Shown: in pieces, positions 50,459-60,008 of the stretch | How the letters are laid out: every line of letters starts with the position of its first letter | Numbering within the stretch: the stretch's first letter is position 1 | DNA from: a virus | Taxonomy: Duplodnaviria; Caudoviricetes | IMG/VR virus record: IMGVR_UViG_3300046167_000699 | Coordinates: 1 to 63,892 of that record | Strand: one strand, 5' to 3' | Length of the DNA stretch: 63,892 nucleotides | Position numbers and translations under genes: made by a program | The notes under the pieces: model-generated | The model's database searches: none | What the model saw: the letters and a program-made list of their open reading frames with translations, nothing else | What the model was told of the DNA's origin: nothing

Positions 50459-51425
50459 TTATAACTGTACTACACTTTGGCCGTTAGCAGTCTTAAAGTC
50501 GTAATTGCCGCTGTTATCTGGATCGTTTGCAGATGGAACAGATGTTGAGGTATCACCAAATATCAAATTGGTAGTGTAACCCGCGTCGGAAGCAGATATA
50601 GGAGTACCTGAATTATACATAGTGCTGGCATTGGCGCTAGAGGTCACCTGGTCCCACATGTGCATGTACATATAATCAGCAATTCTACTACCACCTGTAT
50701 TATGATCATTACCACAAAAAGTCACCTCTGTTAAAGTCATGTTTGACCTATTGTTGCTGTTTGAAGCAGCTGTGTTTGTAAGCTCCGTACCATTCCAGTA
50801 AAGCTTAAATGCATTCGCTGCGGAAGCTTGAGACGCGTCATAACTTACTACTAAATTGCAAAAACCATCGCTATTAACGTTCCCTCTATTACTAGCAGTC
50901 CACTTATTATTTGAAGAAGTACCCGTGCCTGTTGCTGCATTATTGCTATGTAGCGCCCACTGTCTGTCGAAATTGCTACTGCTGCTTCTATATCTTGTTA
51001 TAAAGCGATTAAAACCATAATCGTATTGGAAGAAAAATCTATTTGATGTTCCTGTGCTCCCGGTCGGTGTTAAATCAAAAATTATTAAGTTTAAATCAGT
51101 AGCAGTCCATTGCGGCCGTATCCAAAGCGAGGCACTAAAGTCCTCAGCGGTAGAAGCCAAAGGCCGGTCGGTTGCATTGTCCCATTGAATGTCATTGCTA
51201 AGATCCCAATAATACTGGCTACTAGGCTGAGCGCTATGGTTATAACCGTACCAATCGCTAATTGCAAAAGGCGCGGTGGAAGACGGATAGCTAGGGCGAA
51301 TTAGTATTGATAGTAAATAGAGCACCTTGAGCCAGCCCCTTTAGCGAGGCCGTCTCAGATGGATTAACTCCCCCCTCTGTTAAAATATCAGATATACTTA
51401 TTACTCCGCTACTTGGTAAAGCCAT
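50459..51425 (-). CDS. LamG-like fibre tip/adhesin (true start 51425; apparent frameshift near 51294)
   Basis: [23 protein letters not shown]-terminal adaptor typical downstream of S74 fibres; LamG-like [14 protein letters not shown]. Confidence 0.65.
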
Positions 51426-53520
51426 CTAATTTAATTTTTAAATCGTTAATTTGCTCTTGCTGCTCTTTCATAGCTTCAATAAGAACCGCTACAATGTTAC
51501 CGTAGGCCACAGAGTACATACCATCTTCATTTTCATGCACAACCTCTGGTATTACCTCCAACAACTCTTGAGCCACGACACCCATCGAAGATTTGCTTTC
51601 ACCCAGTTTATTATACGTTACGCCGCGAAGTGCTGAAACTTTGTCTAACGCGTTCGGTATGGTTTCTATATTTTCTTTAACCCGCACATCTGAAAAAGCG
51701 GTTATGTCCCCAGTTGCTGTAAAAGCTCCAGCTAAAGCATTACCACTAGAAGATAAGTTTCCTAAGCCAACTTCCCCCGGGGAGTCTATAGTACAATTTA
51801 AAGTAACCGAACCTGAAGTACCACCACCTGACATCCCCGTACCTGCTGTGACAGCAGTTATATCTCCGGTGTTGGTGGTATAACCCGCATCATTGTTAAA
51901 TCCGCTAATGTTTACATCTAACGGATCACCAGAAATGTCAGGCCAGGCTACGCCTGTTATAAAACCACTATCGTTGCTAAATATGCTTAGCCCTATTTCG
52001 TTAGCAGCTTTTCTACGCTCAGCTCCATTGTCTAGTACGATAAACTCATCGGTACCGACCATAGTTTGAGTCATGTCAGCCAACTCAGATAAGTCAAGGG
52101 TAATAGTAACGGAGCCGCTAGTTGCCACGCCGTCTAATCCTGTACCTGTGCTTACCCCTGTTATTGTACCTGTGTTAGTAGTAAAACCAGAATCGTTATT
52201 AAAACCACTTATGTTTATGTTTGCTGGATCACCTGTAATTTCTGTCCAGTCTACGCCTGTTATAAAACCTGCATCGTTAGTCCATTGGTTGTTACTACCG
52301 GACTTATTAGTGAAAGTTTGTGTATTACTTGCTGTTGTAGTACCTGTCCCTGCACCTATAAGGGTTCTTACCTCCGCCCCACTAATACCTGAGTTTAATG
52401 ATGGAGTTGTCCCGTTAGACAAAATTGCAGGCGTACCAGAATCTGTGACCTTCGCGGTATTAGCGGTAATGGCAGTTGCTTGTGCGGAAGTTATAGTGGT
52501 TGGGAAAGAAGCAACATCCCCCTCGCCGTTAATATAGTCGGTGCTGCCACCTGTCCATAAAAAAGCTAAAGTGCCACTACTTGTAATAGGACTTCCACCT
52601 AAAGATAATCCATCACCATCGATAGATGCAGCAACAGATGTAACCGTACCTGATGCAGATGAAGTACCTGCACCTATAAGGGTTCTTACCTCTGCCGCTG
52701 ATATACCACTATTTAATGAAGGCGTTGTTCCATTACTTAATATTGCTGGTGTGCCCGTGTCGGATACTTTAGCAGTGTTCGCGGTTATAGCCGATGCTTG
52801 ACTACTAGATATAGTTGTAGTATTACCAGCCATTGCGGTTGAAGACGTTGTACCTATAGCAAGGCTTGAAGTACCAGCACCGATTAAAGACCTTACTTCA
52901 GCGGCGGTAATACCTGTATTTAAAGATGGTGTAGATCCGTTAGACAACACCGCAGGCGTACCTGTGTCAGATACTTTTGCGTTATTAGTAGTGATGTTTG
53001 ATGCCTGAGTTGAAGTGATTCCAACTTTCGCATTATTGGTTGTTATGTCTGATGCTTGTGTCGCTGTAATACCGACCTTAGCTGTGTTCGCGGTTATAGC
53101 ACTCGCTTGGGCGGAAGAGATAGTTGTAGTATCACCGGCCATTGCGGTAGTTGATGTTGTCCCGATAACCAGCGAAGATGTACCGGCTCCTATAAGCGTT
53201 CTCATTTCGGCTGCTGAAATACCAGTATTCAAACTTGGTGTTGAGCCGTTGCTTAATACGGCTGGTGTACCTGTGTCATTAACAACCCCGAGATTGGAAC
53301 GGGCGGCAGAAGCGGTTGACGCTCCTGTTCCCCCATTAGCAACAGCTAAATCTGTGCCAGACCAATTCCCGTTGTTGACGCTGCTTAGGGCCGCTAATGA
53401 CCCCAAGCTTATCCAATTGACCAAAGTGCCCGTTGAAGAGAGCACTTGGCCGGAAGTTCCTAAATCGCCGTCTTTGTCCTCTACTCCAGCGGTTAGGCTT
53501 ACATCATTTAAAAACTTCAT
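51409..53520 (-). CDS. Tail fibre with C-terminal peptidase S74 intramolecular chaperone
   Basis: [42 protein letters not shown]; internal repeats. Confidence 0.88.
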   Translation of the reverse strand: MKFLNDVSLTAGVEDKDGDLGTSGQVLSSTGTLVNWISLGSLAALSSVNNGNWSGTDLAVANGGTGASTASAARSNLGVVNDTGTPAVLSNGSTPSLNTGISAAEMRTLIGAGTSSLVIGTTSTTAMAGDTTTISSAQASAITANTAKVGITATQASDITTNNAKVGITSTQASNITTNNAKVSDTGTPAVLSNGSTPSLNTGITAAEVRSLIGAGTSSLAIGTTSSTAMAGNTTTISSSQASAITANTAKVSDTGTPAILSNGTTPSLNSGISAAEVRTLIGAGTSSASGTVTSVAASIDGDGLSLGGSPITSSGTLAFLWTGGSTDYINGEGDVASFPTTITSAQATAITANTAKVTDSGTPAILSNGTTPSLNSGISGAEVRTLIGAGTGTTTASNTQTFTNKSGSNNQWTNDAGFITGVDWTEITGDPANINISGFNNDSGFTTNTGTITGVSTGTGLDGVATSGSVTITLDLSELADMTQTMVGTDEFIVLDNGAERRKAANEIGLSIFSNDSGFITGVAWPDISGDPLDVNISGFNNDAGYTTNTGDITAVTAGTGMSGGGTSGSVTLNCTIDSPGEVGLGNLSSSGNALAGAFTATGDITAFSDVRVKENIETIPNALDKVSALRGVTYNKLGESKSSMGVVAQELLEVIPEVVHENEDGMYSVAYGNIVAVLIEAMKEQQEQINDLKIKLDGFTK

Positions 53521-53533
53521 ATATTATATTTTA

Positions 53534-55550
53534 TTATCCTATTTTCTGAATCAATACTCTGATGTCGTTTGTTGGCGTTGCTCCAAAAGATACACCTACA
53601 GTATTTGTTGTTGCGCGATCGATATCAGCATACACAGTGTCAAAGGTTACGGTGTCATACAGCTGAACTATAACATCCTTAGTACCTAAATTGTGGGTTA
53701 CTGTTGCGTTAGCAGCGATGGTAGCGGCATGGGTAAGTTCACCGTTAATTGATCCCGCTGCAGTAGCTAGGGGTGCTAAATATTGAGAACCAGCAGTGCC
53801 AGAGTCGGCCATAACAAAATCAGTACCAGTACCAGATGCAATACTACCCAGCGTAAGAGATAGCGCAGCCGTGGAGCCCTCGGAGGCAACGCCGCCTGTA
53901 AGACCGTCACCAACGGTAGTAATAGATTGAACGTAGTTACCAGTAGTCTCAGTGCCTAGTATAACACCGTTGTTCTTTATTGTAACCGCACCTGCTGCGC
54001 TAACCGCAAAGTTATCTGAGCTAAATGAAGCGATACCCGCGACTGAAGTAGTGGCTAGATCAACATTACCCTGTACGGTAGTCCATTCAGCTAAAGTAGT
54101 AGGGCTGTCGTTATTCGCGATAAGCAAGTCACCAACTCTTACTTGTTCAGTAAAGAAAGAACCATCAGCTGTAACTGCCCATTGGAATCCTTGCTGAATA
54201 TCTATTGTTGGTGTGCTGTCAAGGTTCGGTACGTTTGTGCTAGCGTTGTACCCTCCTTGGAAAGACGATGCCCCTGCGACCGCAGTATCAACATAAGTTT
54301 TAACAGCCCCTAAAGCTGCCATTGGTATATCTTCCAATGCTGTTTTTACAACATCTTTGTTAGTAGAACTAGTGTCTGAAAAGGCTATTATGTCTGTGCC
54401 TACAGCTGTTGTTGCAGCTCCACTCGCTAATATATAGTTAGCCGTGGTTGCGTAAGACAAGCTTACTACCGGACTTACAGTGTTAGTACCTGTGATTCTA
54501 ATACCATCACCACTAGTAACGTCTGTTACTGTACCTGTGTTTGTGGTATAACCAAAGTCTGTTACGAAAGTGTGAATTTGATCACCTGTAGCAAGGTTAG
54601 TCCCCGAATCAGCAACAGCAGCAGTGTTAGCAGCAACCGTTGGTGCAGCGGCGGTACCACCGATTGTAATTGTATTTGCATCGCCTGAAGTAACACCTGT
54701 TACCGTACCAGCATTATCTGTGAAAGGTAAATCAATTACTCGACCATATTGCACAACATTTGATGCATCTGAATATGGTATCAAGAAGCCGTCTTCAAAG
54801 GTTGTACCTGAAGAGTTATTACCCACGAGAATGTAGTTGTCTGTTCCAGATAAATCTAAAGCAACACTGCCTGACCCTGTAATAGTGCCACCTGTTAAAC
54901 CATCGCCAAACGCTATGGAAGTAACTGTACCGCCAGAGTTTTGGTCTGTTGCCCATGACGGCACGCCAGATGCTACCTTTAATACCTGCCCATTTGATCC
55001 AACACCTAGCTTAGTTAATGTGGTTGTGGAATCCGCGTAAAGTATATCGCCAACTGTGTAGCCAGTTTGTCCTGTACCGCCATTCGCAGCAATCAATGTA
55101 CCACCTAATGTTAATGTACCACTAGTAGTAATTGCACCACCTGTTAGTGTAAGACCTGTTGTACCACCAGAGCCATCAACACTTGTTACTGTACCGCCTC
55201 CCTGAATTAGATATCGCATCAAATACAGCCTGAGAGTCAACTAAGTAGTTTTGACCATCTGCAACGGCCCCTGTTAAAATTTCAAATTCAGGTATTGGTC
55301 CAGTTGCATTTGCTATTGATAGCTGTACCGCGCTATTACCAGTAGCTCTAACACCGACCTCGGTGATATCACCCTGAGGAGCGACATCTCCCCATGATCC
55401 GTTGGCATATACCCTTAACTTATCTGATGCTGTATTAAAGTATATTTGACCTTCAACCCCTGAGGCGGGGTCAGCAGCCAGGTTTTGAACCTGTGCTGAG
55501 ATCAGTTCGTTTTGGTTCAGGTCAATACCCGACAGAAATTTAATAGCCAT
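53534..55550 (-). CDS. Tail fibre/hinge protein (one gene; apparent frameshift near 55201)
   Basis: MAIKFLSGIDL.. joins GGGTVTSV.. if one G is removed; C-terminal VTHNLGTKDVIVQLYD domain. Confidence 0.75.
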
Positions 55551-55564
55551 GTTTTTTGTTTGTT

Positions 55565-56257
55565 TTAGTTTAAATATGCTTTGCCACTGAATGCGGCTGA
55601 AAATGTTAGTATTAAGGAATTTTCATTTATATAGTTTACTTCTCCGTGTACCAGCGTTCCCGCGGAGTCTACTACGGAAACTGATGGGTTTTTGCCTAAA
55701 TTATGCGTTATTGACCAAGTTGCCGCGGGAGTAGATTGATTAAAAGTAAAATTTAAGTCGCCATCTGATGGTAAATTTGGATATACCGCAAAACCATAGT
55801 ATTTATTAGCAGTTATATTGCCATTTGCAACAGTTAAGCTTAAAACAGCGTTAAAATAGCTGTCATCTGCTGGATCTACAGTAAAAGATACTAATTTATA
55901 TACGCCAAAATTATTAGGATTGTCTAATCTAGCTAAAATAACCTGTCTACCGACCAAAGTCGCCAGGTACGCGCTTACATCTACTCCAGCAGCGGATGTT
56001 TTAGTGAACTTTAAGTTTGTTATGTTACCGAAATTAGCGTTTGGGGCAGGCCCGGAGATAATACCGTCGACAGCATCGTCAACTAAGTAGCTATAATTGT
56101 TTTGTCCAACTATTTTTAGGCTACCGGAGGCGTTCATCCAAGAAGAAATACCATTCAATGTGTAATTCTTGGTTATCAGACCAGTTGCATCGGTACCTAT
56201 TACCTTATCCGTACCGGTAACGTCTGTATCTACTGGATATGTGCTTATTCTAGCCAT
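55565..56257 (-). CDS. Tail fibre-associated structural protein
   Basis: MARISTY N-terminus shared with 13750-16599; WSITHNLGKNPSVSVVD C-terminal domain. Confidence 0.7.
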   Translation of the reverse strand: MARISTYPVDTDVTGTDKVIGTDATGLITKNYTLNGISSWMNASGSLKIVGQNNYSYLVDDAVDGIISGPAPNANFGNITNLKFTKTSAAGVDVSAYLATLVGRQVILARLDNPNNFGVYKLVSFTVDPADDSYFNAVLSLTVANGNITANKYYGFAVYPNLPSDGDLNFTFNQSTPAATWSITHNLGKNPSVSVVDSAGTLVHGEVNYINENSLILTFSAAFSGKAYLN

Positions 56258-56265
56258 TATCGATG

Positions 56266-56508
56266 TTAAGTTTTATAGTTTTTACCGCCCTCTTTCTTAG
56301 TGCCTTCGCCATCATTGCCTCTATTCTGCGCCGGAGTCTCCCACCGCTGGTCTTTATGGTCGTAATCTTTGTTTTTAGCGGCCGCTGGATTTGCTCTAGC
56401 CTCACGTTGTGCATGCGCTTTCTTAGCCCTCCTATCCGGTGTCATGGCATAAGCCTTATCACGTGCCGCTTTAGCGCGACGTGCTTGAGGAGATAGATTT
56501 TGGGGCAT
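56266..56508 (-). CDS. Small basic protein with an HNH-like remnant
   Basis: KDYDHKD....NRG. Confidence 0.5.
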   Translation of the reverse strand: MPQNLSPQARRAKAARDKAYAMTPDRRAKKAHAQREARANPAAAKNKDYDHKDQRWETPAQNRGNDGEGTKKEGGKNYKT

Positions 56509-56571
56509 GTTATATATTATTAGTTGCGGTCATACCTTGTATGATCACGCGGTTAAGGCGGTAGTTAATAC

Positions 56572-56615
56572 GCGACAGTAGCCTACTACTATATATTATA
56601 ATAGCCTATCGTCAC
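56572..56615. repeat. Palindromic AT-core element, copy B (44 bp)
   Basis: GCGACAGTAGCCTACTACTATATATTATAATAGCCTATCGTCAC. Confidence 0.7.
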
Positions 56616-56849
56616 GTTTTATAACCGACCTATTCCGAAGGAATTTTTTTTTATTTTTTACAGCCTCCTCACTCAAATTATATTCATATGAATGTAAAAT
56701 CAAACAATTCACACCAATCATATCTCTTTAAATATAAAAAGAAGCGTCGAGCAAAAAATATTTGTGAGATAAATAGAGGTATTGTGTTACACACTTATAT
56801 ACGAACGAATCCCCCGATGTGGAAAGCTGTTTCTTTTGACCAGCCCCCA

Positions 56850-57072
56850 TGCCTGTATCTGTTTTACGTTCCAGGTTACCAGGTTCCTGCTCTGGTCATG
56901 ACTGTGTGCTAACTGTCTGCTGTGCTGTTCCTGTCAGATGTTTGGGGTTTTGCCTGGTGCTGTTGCCTGTTCCTGGTGCTGTTATCTGTTGCTGTCTGCT
57001 GTGTATCCTGTCACGGTCCTCAGATGTTCTGGCATCTGGCCCTGTATCCTGTCACCTGTGCGCTGTCCTGGG
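56850..57072. repeat. CTG-rich, A-poor low-complexity tract at the divergence point
   Basis: Dense CCTG/GCTG/TCTG/CTGT; direct repeats TGTATCCTGTCAC x2 and CCTGGTGCTGTT x2. Confidence 0.7.
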
Positions 57073-57087
57073 CAGGGGTGTATAGCA

Positions 57088-57129
57088 TTACAGACTTAAC
57101 ACGATGGGTGTTCGATAATATTAGTGTAA
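57088..57129 (+). promoter_or_regulatory. 17-8-17 element copy 2
   Basis: TTACAGACTTAACACGA-tgggtgtt-CGATAATATTAGTGTAA. Confidence 0.75.
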
Positions 57130-57144
57130 CCAAAAAGGGATATT

Positions 57145-57294
57145 ATGAGCTACATCGACTACCATAACGCGCACGCAGACCTTTACGCGCAACGCCTGTT
57201 CGGCAAAAATTACGCGGACCTAGACATGTTCACGCAGGACGCTCTTGACGACCACCTTGCAGCTGAGTGTATGGACGAAGGTTTGCAAAAGTAA
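57145..57294 (+). CDS. Early small protein (49 aa, MSYIDYHNAHADLYAQRLFGK...LQK)
   Basis: Manual ORF between element copies 2 and 3. Confidence 0.7.
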   Translation: MSYIDYHNAHADLYAQRLFGKNYADLDMFTQDALDDHLAAECMDEGLQK

Positions 57295-57324
57295 TACGAC
57301 GGGATTACGATAATATTAATGTAA
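57283..57324 (+). promoter_or_regulatory. 17-8-17 element copy 3
   Basis: TTGCAAAAGTAATACGA-cgggatta-CGATAATATTAATGTAA. Confidence 0.75.
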
Positions 57325-57339
57325 CCAAAAGAGATTAAC

Positions 57340-57519
57340 ATGACAAGATTTGAATACTACCTCGACCGCTCGGAAGACGCATACAGAACAGCTAAGAACA
57401 TCTGCCAAAGCAGACGTGAAAAAGCAGGCATACCAGGACTGTGTGACGCGGACGTTGAAATGGAGTACAGCCTGCTACTGCAAGAGTGGTATGACGACTA
57501 CCGCGAGGAGCGCTGTTAA
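57340..57519 (+). CDS. Early small protein (59 aa, MTRFEYYLDRSEDAY...)
   Basis: Manual ORF between copies 3 and 4. Confidence 0.7.
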   Translation: MTRFEYYLDRSEDAYRTAKNICQSRREKAGIPGLCDADVEMEYSLLLQEWYDDYREERC

Positions 57520-57520
57520 C

Positions 57521-57562
57521 CTACAGGACTACTACGAACCCTCACTGATAATATAAATGTAA
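57521..57562 (+). promoter_or_regulatory. 17-8-17 element copy 4
   Basis: CTACAGGACTACTACGA-accctcac-TGATAATATAAATGTAA. Confidence 0.7.
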
Positions 57563-57577
57563 CCAAAAGAGATTAAC

Positions 57578-57724
57578 ATGACTGATTCAAACTACTCACT
57601 ACTACAAGACCTTTACCTTTGTGTGTCTGCGACCAGACCAAAGAACATGGACAACCTACTGATCTTCTTGGATCAGATGATGGACCTTGAAGAGGATGCG
57701 ATGTATGAATTAGATACTGAGTAA
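57578..57724 (+). CDS. Early small acidic protein (48 aa, MTDSNYSLLQDLYL...)
   Basis: Manual ORF after copy 4. Confidence 0.7.
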   Translation: MTDSNYSLLQDLYLCVSATRPKNMDNLLIFLDQMMDLEEDAMYELDTE

Positions 57725-57732
57725 CAACCACA

Positions 57733-58007
57733 ATCGGGCTCGTAATCAGGCGGACGCCGCGCCACAACATAACAGGAGCAGTCGCTTAACATTGGAGTAA
57801 GCCAACGAAACAGACTGCAAGCAGGACAGCCTAGTAGCTTAATCCGCGCAGAGGCCAGCAACATAAGAACCTGGTGCCACAGCTGGGCCTGCATCCTGTA
57901 AAGAACACAGATTCAGTCTGACGAGGCTGATCTGTTAGGGGAGTACTAAGACGACAGGATAAGTTACCACCAGCACAGCTGTACGTGGCGCCTGTCGCAG
58001 CCCCGAT
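57733..58007 (+). ncRNA. Candidate structured non-coding RNA (~275 nt)
   Basis: GC-rich gap with no + strand gene; multiple nested stems and 5'/3' closing complementarity. Confidence 0.5.
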
Positions 58008-58061
58008 GTATAGCAACGCGTATAGCATTTAAATACCTAGGGTAATACACTCATCACCTAT

Positions 58062-58103
58062 TTACAAACATAATACGATGTGCATCCGATAATATAAGTG
58101 TAA
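58062..58103 (+). promoter_or_regulatory. 17-8-17 element copy 5
   Basis: TTACAAACATAATACGA-tgtgcatc-CGATAATATAAGTGTAA. Confidence 0.75.
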
Positions 58104-58120
58104 CCAAAAGAGATACTATT

Positions 58121-58279
58121 ATGATTAAAGACAAGATGCTATACAACCAATGCAAAATAGAAGTGTACGACACAATCGTGCACGAAGGCCTGTCAAACGT
58201 ACGCTTTAACGAGCTCGACAATTTAACAAAGTTGCTATACAACTATAAGTTAGCTCTCTACAAAACGAATACGAAGTGA
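58121..58279 (+). CDS. Early small protein (52 aa, MIKDKMLYNQCKIEVY...)
   Basis: Manual ORF between copies 5 and 6. Confidence 0.7.
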   Translation: MIKDKMLYNQCKIEVYDTIVHEGLSNVRFNELDNLTKLLYNYKLALYKTNTK

Positions 58280-58299
58280 ATTCGATAATATAAGTGTAA
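58258..58299 (+). promoter_or_regulatory. 17-8-17 element copy 6
   Basis: CTACAAAACGAATACGA-agtgaatt-CGATAATATAAGTGTAA. Confidence 0.75.
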
Positions 58300-58316
58300 C
58301 AAAAAAAGAATATAAC

Positions 58317-58457
58317 ATGACTGACAAACAAATAAACACAACACCAATTTGGCCATCAAGACTAATCTTCAACTCAAAGTTGCTATACAACAAGAAGTTG
58401 AAAGACCTAACTGAAACTGAGTTGTTCGAAGTAAGAAAGTATTCCTTACAAAAATAA
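58317..58457 (+). CDS. Early small protein (46 aa, MTDKQINTTPIWPS...LQK)
   Basis: Manual ORF between copies 6 and 7. Confidence 0.7.
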   Translation: MTDKQINTTPIWPSRLIFNSKLLYNKKLKDLTETELFEVRKYSLQK

Positions 58458-58487
58458 TACGACACTACTACGATAATATAAATGTAA
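58446..58487 (+). promoter_or_regulatory. 17-8-17 element copy 7
   Basis: TTACAAAAATAATACGA-cactacta-CGATAATATAAATGTAA. Confidence 0.75.
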
Positions 58488-58505
58488 CTAATAAAAACAA
58501 ATACT

Positions 58506-58823
58506 ATGACAAAATCTGAATTATTAACTCAAGCGATCGCTAACATGAGCGACGAACAAAAAGCAGAAATCTTTCCACCAATCGAGCGCAAGAACTTTGT
58601 AGTGCGCAAATCATGGCTCGGCCGTAACCAAGTGATTACCTTCACTAACAACAAAGGCCAAACTATAACTTACAACCACGATGAAGCGTTGAAAGTAATG
58701 TTGCCTAAGCTAAACATCTTACCTTGTTGGGCTAAGAGAGGCTACTGGTCTCAAAGTACTAATGCACCTAAAAATGTGTTAGCGAGTGAGGCGATTGTTG
58801 AAGTAGTAGATGCAACTGAATAA
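58506..58823 (+). CDS. Early hypothetical protein
   Basis: ORF after copy 7. Confidence 0.75.
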   Translation: MTKSELLTQAIANMSDEQKAEIFPPIERKNFVVRKSWLGRNQVITFTNNKGQTITYNHDEALKVMLPKLNILPCWAKRGYWSQSTNAPKNVLASEAIVEVVDATE

Positions 58824-58912
58824 TGGTTGCTATACTACTCCTAACTGCAACAAGCATCGTGGTAGGCGGTGCAGTTGCTACTCACAAAGATACTACGAAC
58901 AACAAACGATAA
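58823..58912 (+). CDS. Small membrane peptide (29 aa, MVAILLLTATSIVVGGAVATHKDTTNNKR)
   Basis: TAATG coupling to the upstream gene; single TM segment. Confidence 0.45.
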   Translation: MVAILLLTATSIVVGGAVATHKDTTNNKR

Positions 58913-58923
58913 TATATTAAACT
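58882..58923 (+). promoter_or_regulatory. 17-8-17 element copy 8
   Basis: TCACAAAGATACTACGA-acaacaaa-CGATAATATATTAAACT. Confidence 0.7.
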
Positions 58924-58929
58924 TACAAT

Positions 58930-59256
58930 ATGAAACTACTAAAATACACCGCAGCAGCACTAGCACTTGCATCATGTGCATCAAACACACAACTGTACGA
59001 AGTAACTCACGTTATAGCTGAAAGTGACTCCACAATCGATGTATGGTCTTCGAATGCTTTCATCCGTACTGACATCCAAGTAACGCCTGACAGCATCCAC
59101 TTCTTTGAAGCACTAGGTGAATTCAATAAAATGATCAAAACCGAATCTATTGACTACACAAATGTTCTTGATATTACAGACAGCACATTGACTATACAAC
59201 AACCTGACCAAGTAACCACTTACTTGTTGTTCGATTTACAAAACCACTACGAGTAA
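58930..59256 (+). CDS. Early lipoprotein
   Basis: MKLLKYTAAALALASC lipobox. Confidence 0.7.
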   Translation: MKLLKYTAAALALASCASNTQLYEVTHVIAESDSTIDVWSSNAFIRTDIQVTPDSIHFFEALGEFNKMIKTESIDYTNVLDITDSTLTIQQPDQVTTYLLFDLQNHYE

Positions 59257-59277
59257 ACCTTGATAATATAATAAAGA
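59236..59277 (+). promoter_or_regulatory. 17-8-17 element copy 9
   Basis: TTACAAAACCACTACGA-gtaaacct-TGATAATATAATAAAGA. Confidence 0.7.
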
Positions 59278-59287
59278 AATAAAAACT

Positions 59288-59476
59288 ATGAGACATTACT
59301 TAGATTTAACAACCGACGAACTTCGAATGCTATACGCTGTAATACCAGTGCAACAACCGTTCGAAAACCTAAAGCCTACCCTTGAGAAACTAGAACGCTT
59401 CCTTGAAATAGCTAAAATGAGCGAACCAAGTGAACTAGTCTATCGAATCCACCGTCCTAGCGAAGAGAAGAAGTAA
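59288..59476 (+). CDS. Early hypothetical protein
   Basis: ORF after copy 9. Confidence 0.7.
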   Translation: MRHYLDLTTDELRMLYAVIPVQQPFENLKPTLEKLERFLEIAKMSEPSELVYRIHRPSEEKK

Positions 59477-59489
59477 ACTTCTCTTTTTG
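59463..59489 (+). terminator. Intrinsic terminator
   Basis: AAGAGAAG-aagtaaa-CTTCTCTT-TTT. Confidence 0.55.
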
Positions 59490-59594
59490 CTATACACTAC
59501 CGGCCTGATGCTGAAATAACATCGGAAGAGTAGACTCCAACCTACACGAAGGTTTTTTAGTGCTATACACGGGTGCAATGGCCTCACCAAAAGT

Positions 59595-59639
59595 GCGACG
59601 ATAGCCTACTACTATATTTACTTAATTAGCTATTGTCAC
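59595..59639. repeat. 45-bp palindromic AT-core element, copy C
   Basis: GCGACGATAGCCTACTACTATATTTACTTAATTAGCTATTGTCAC followed by T-tracts. Confidence 0.7.
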
Positions 59640-59735
59640 CTTTTTCGTTTACAACATTTTTTTTTAGGTACACAGAGGAGTAGCTTAATACCTACGACTA
59701 TTTTTTTTTAAGTAAATGAAGTACCTACTTTTGTT

Positions 59736-59777
59736 TTACAAAACTAATACGATTGAGTATCGATAATATATGTGTAA
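59736..59777 (+). promoter_or_regulatory. 17-8-17 element copy 10
   Basis: TTACAAAACTAATACGA-ttgagtat-CGATAATATATGTGTAA. Confidence 0.75.
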
Positions 59778-59794
59778 CAAGAAAACAAATTACT

Positions 59795-59998
59795 ATGACT
59801 GAAATGAAATTATACATGCAACGTTGCGAGGAAATTCGGAAGCAGACGATGGCAGAGAGACACGCTGAGGCAACTGACGAGTTCGGGTTTTGCAGTGGCA
59901 CCACTTATAAAGAGTGGAAGACTAAAACCGGTATGAAGGGTGTTAGCCGTAAAGGTAAAACTTTCTCTCACACTAAACTCTGGGATTACAAATACTAA
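59795..59998 (+). CDS. Early hypothetical protein
   Basis: ATG 59795 after copy 10. Confidence 0.7.
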   Translation: MTEMKLYMQRCEEIRKQTMAERHAEATDEFGFCSGTTYKEWKTKTGMKGVSRKGKTFSHTKLWDYKY

Positions 59999-60008
59999 TA
60001 AGAATACT

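Noticed and set aside
872-55040. Numerous antisense and off-frame ORFs overlapping long genes
   Set aside because: Shadow ORFs on the opposite strand or frame of well-supported genes, with no motifs
56785-56820. Possible 14th copy of the 17-8-17 element (TTACACACTTATATACGA-acgaatcccc-CGATGT)
   Set aside because: Arm and spacer lengths are off (18 and 10 nt), GATAAT is lost and there is no downstream ORF
56688-57167. ORF-track calls 56688-56912, 56849-57085 and 56922-57167
   Set aside because: Translations are low-complexity products of the AT-rich or CTG-rich non-coding tract
57806-57925. Hammerhead ribozyme (CTGACGAG and CGAAAC present)
   Set aside because: I could not arrange stems I-III around the core; CTGACGAG sits in a simple hairpin
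57733-57973. Canonical tmRNA or tRNA gene call
   Set aside because: No T-arm (GGTTCRA) and no proper acceptor stem; kept only as a candidate ncRNA
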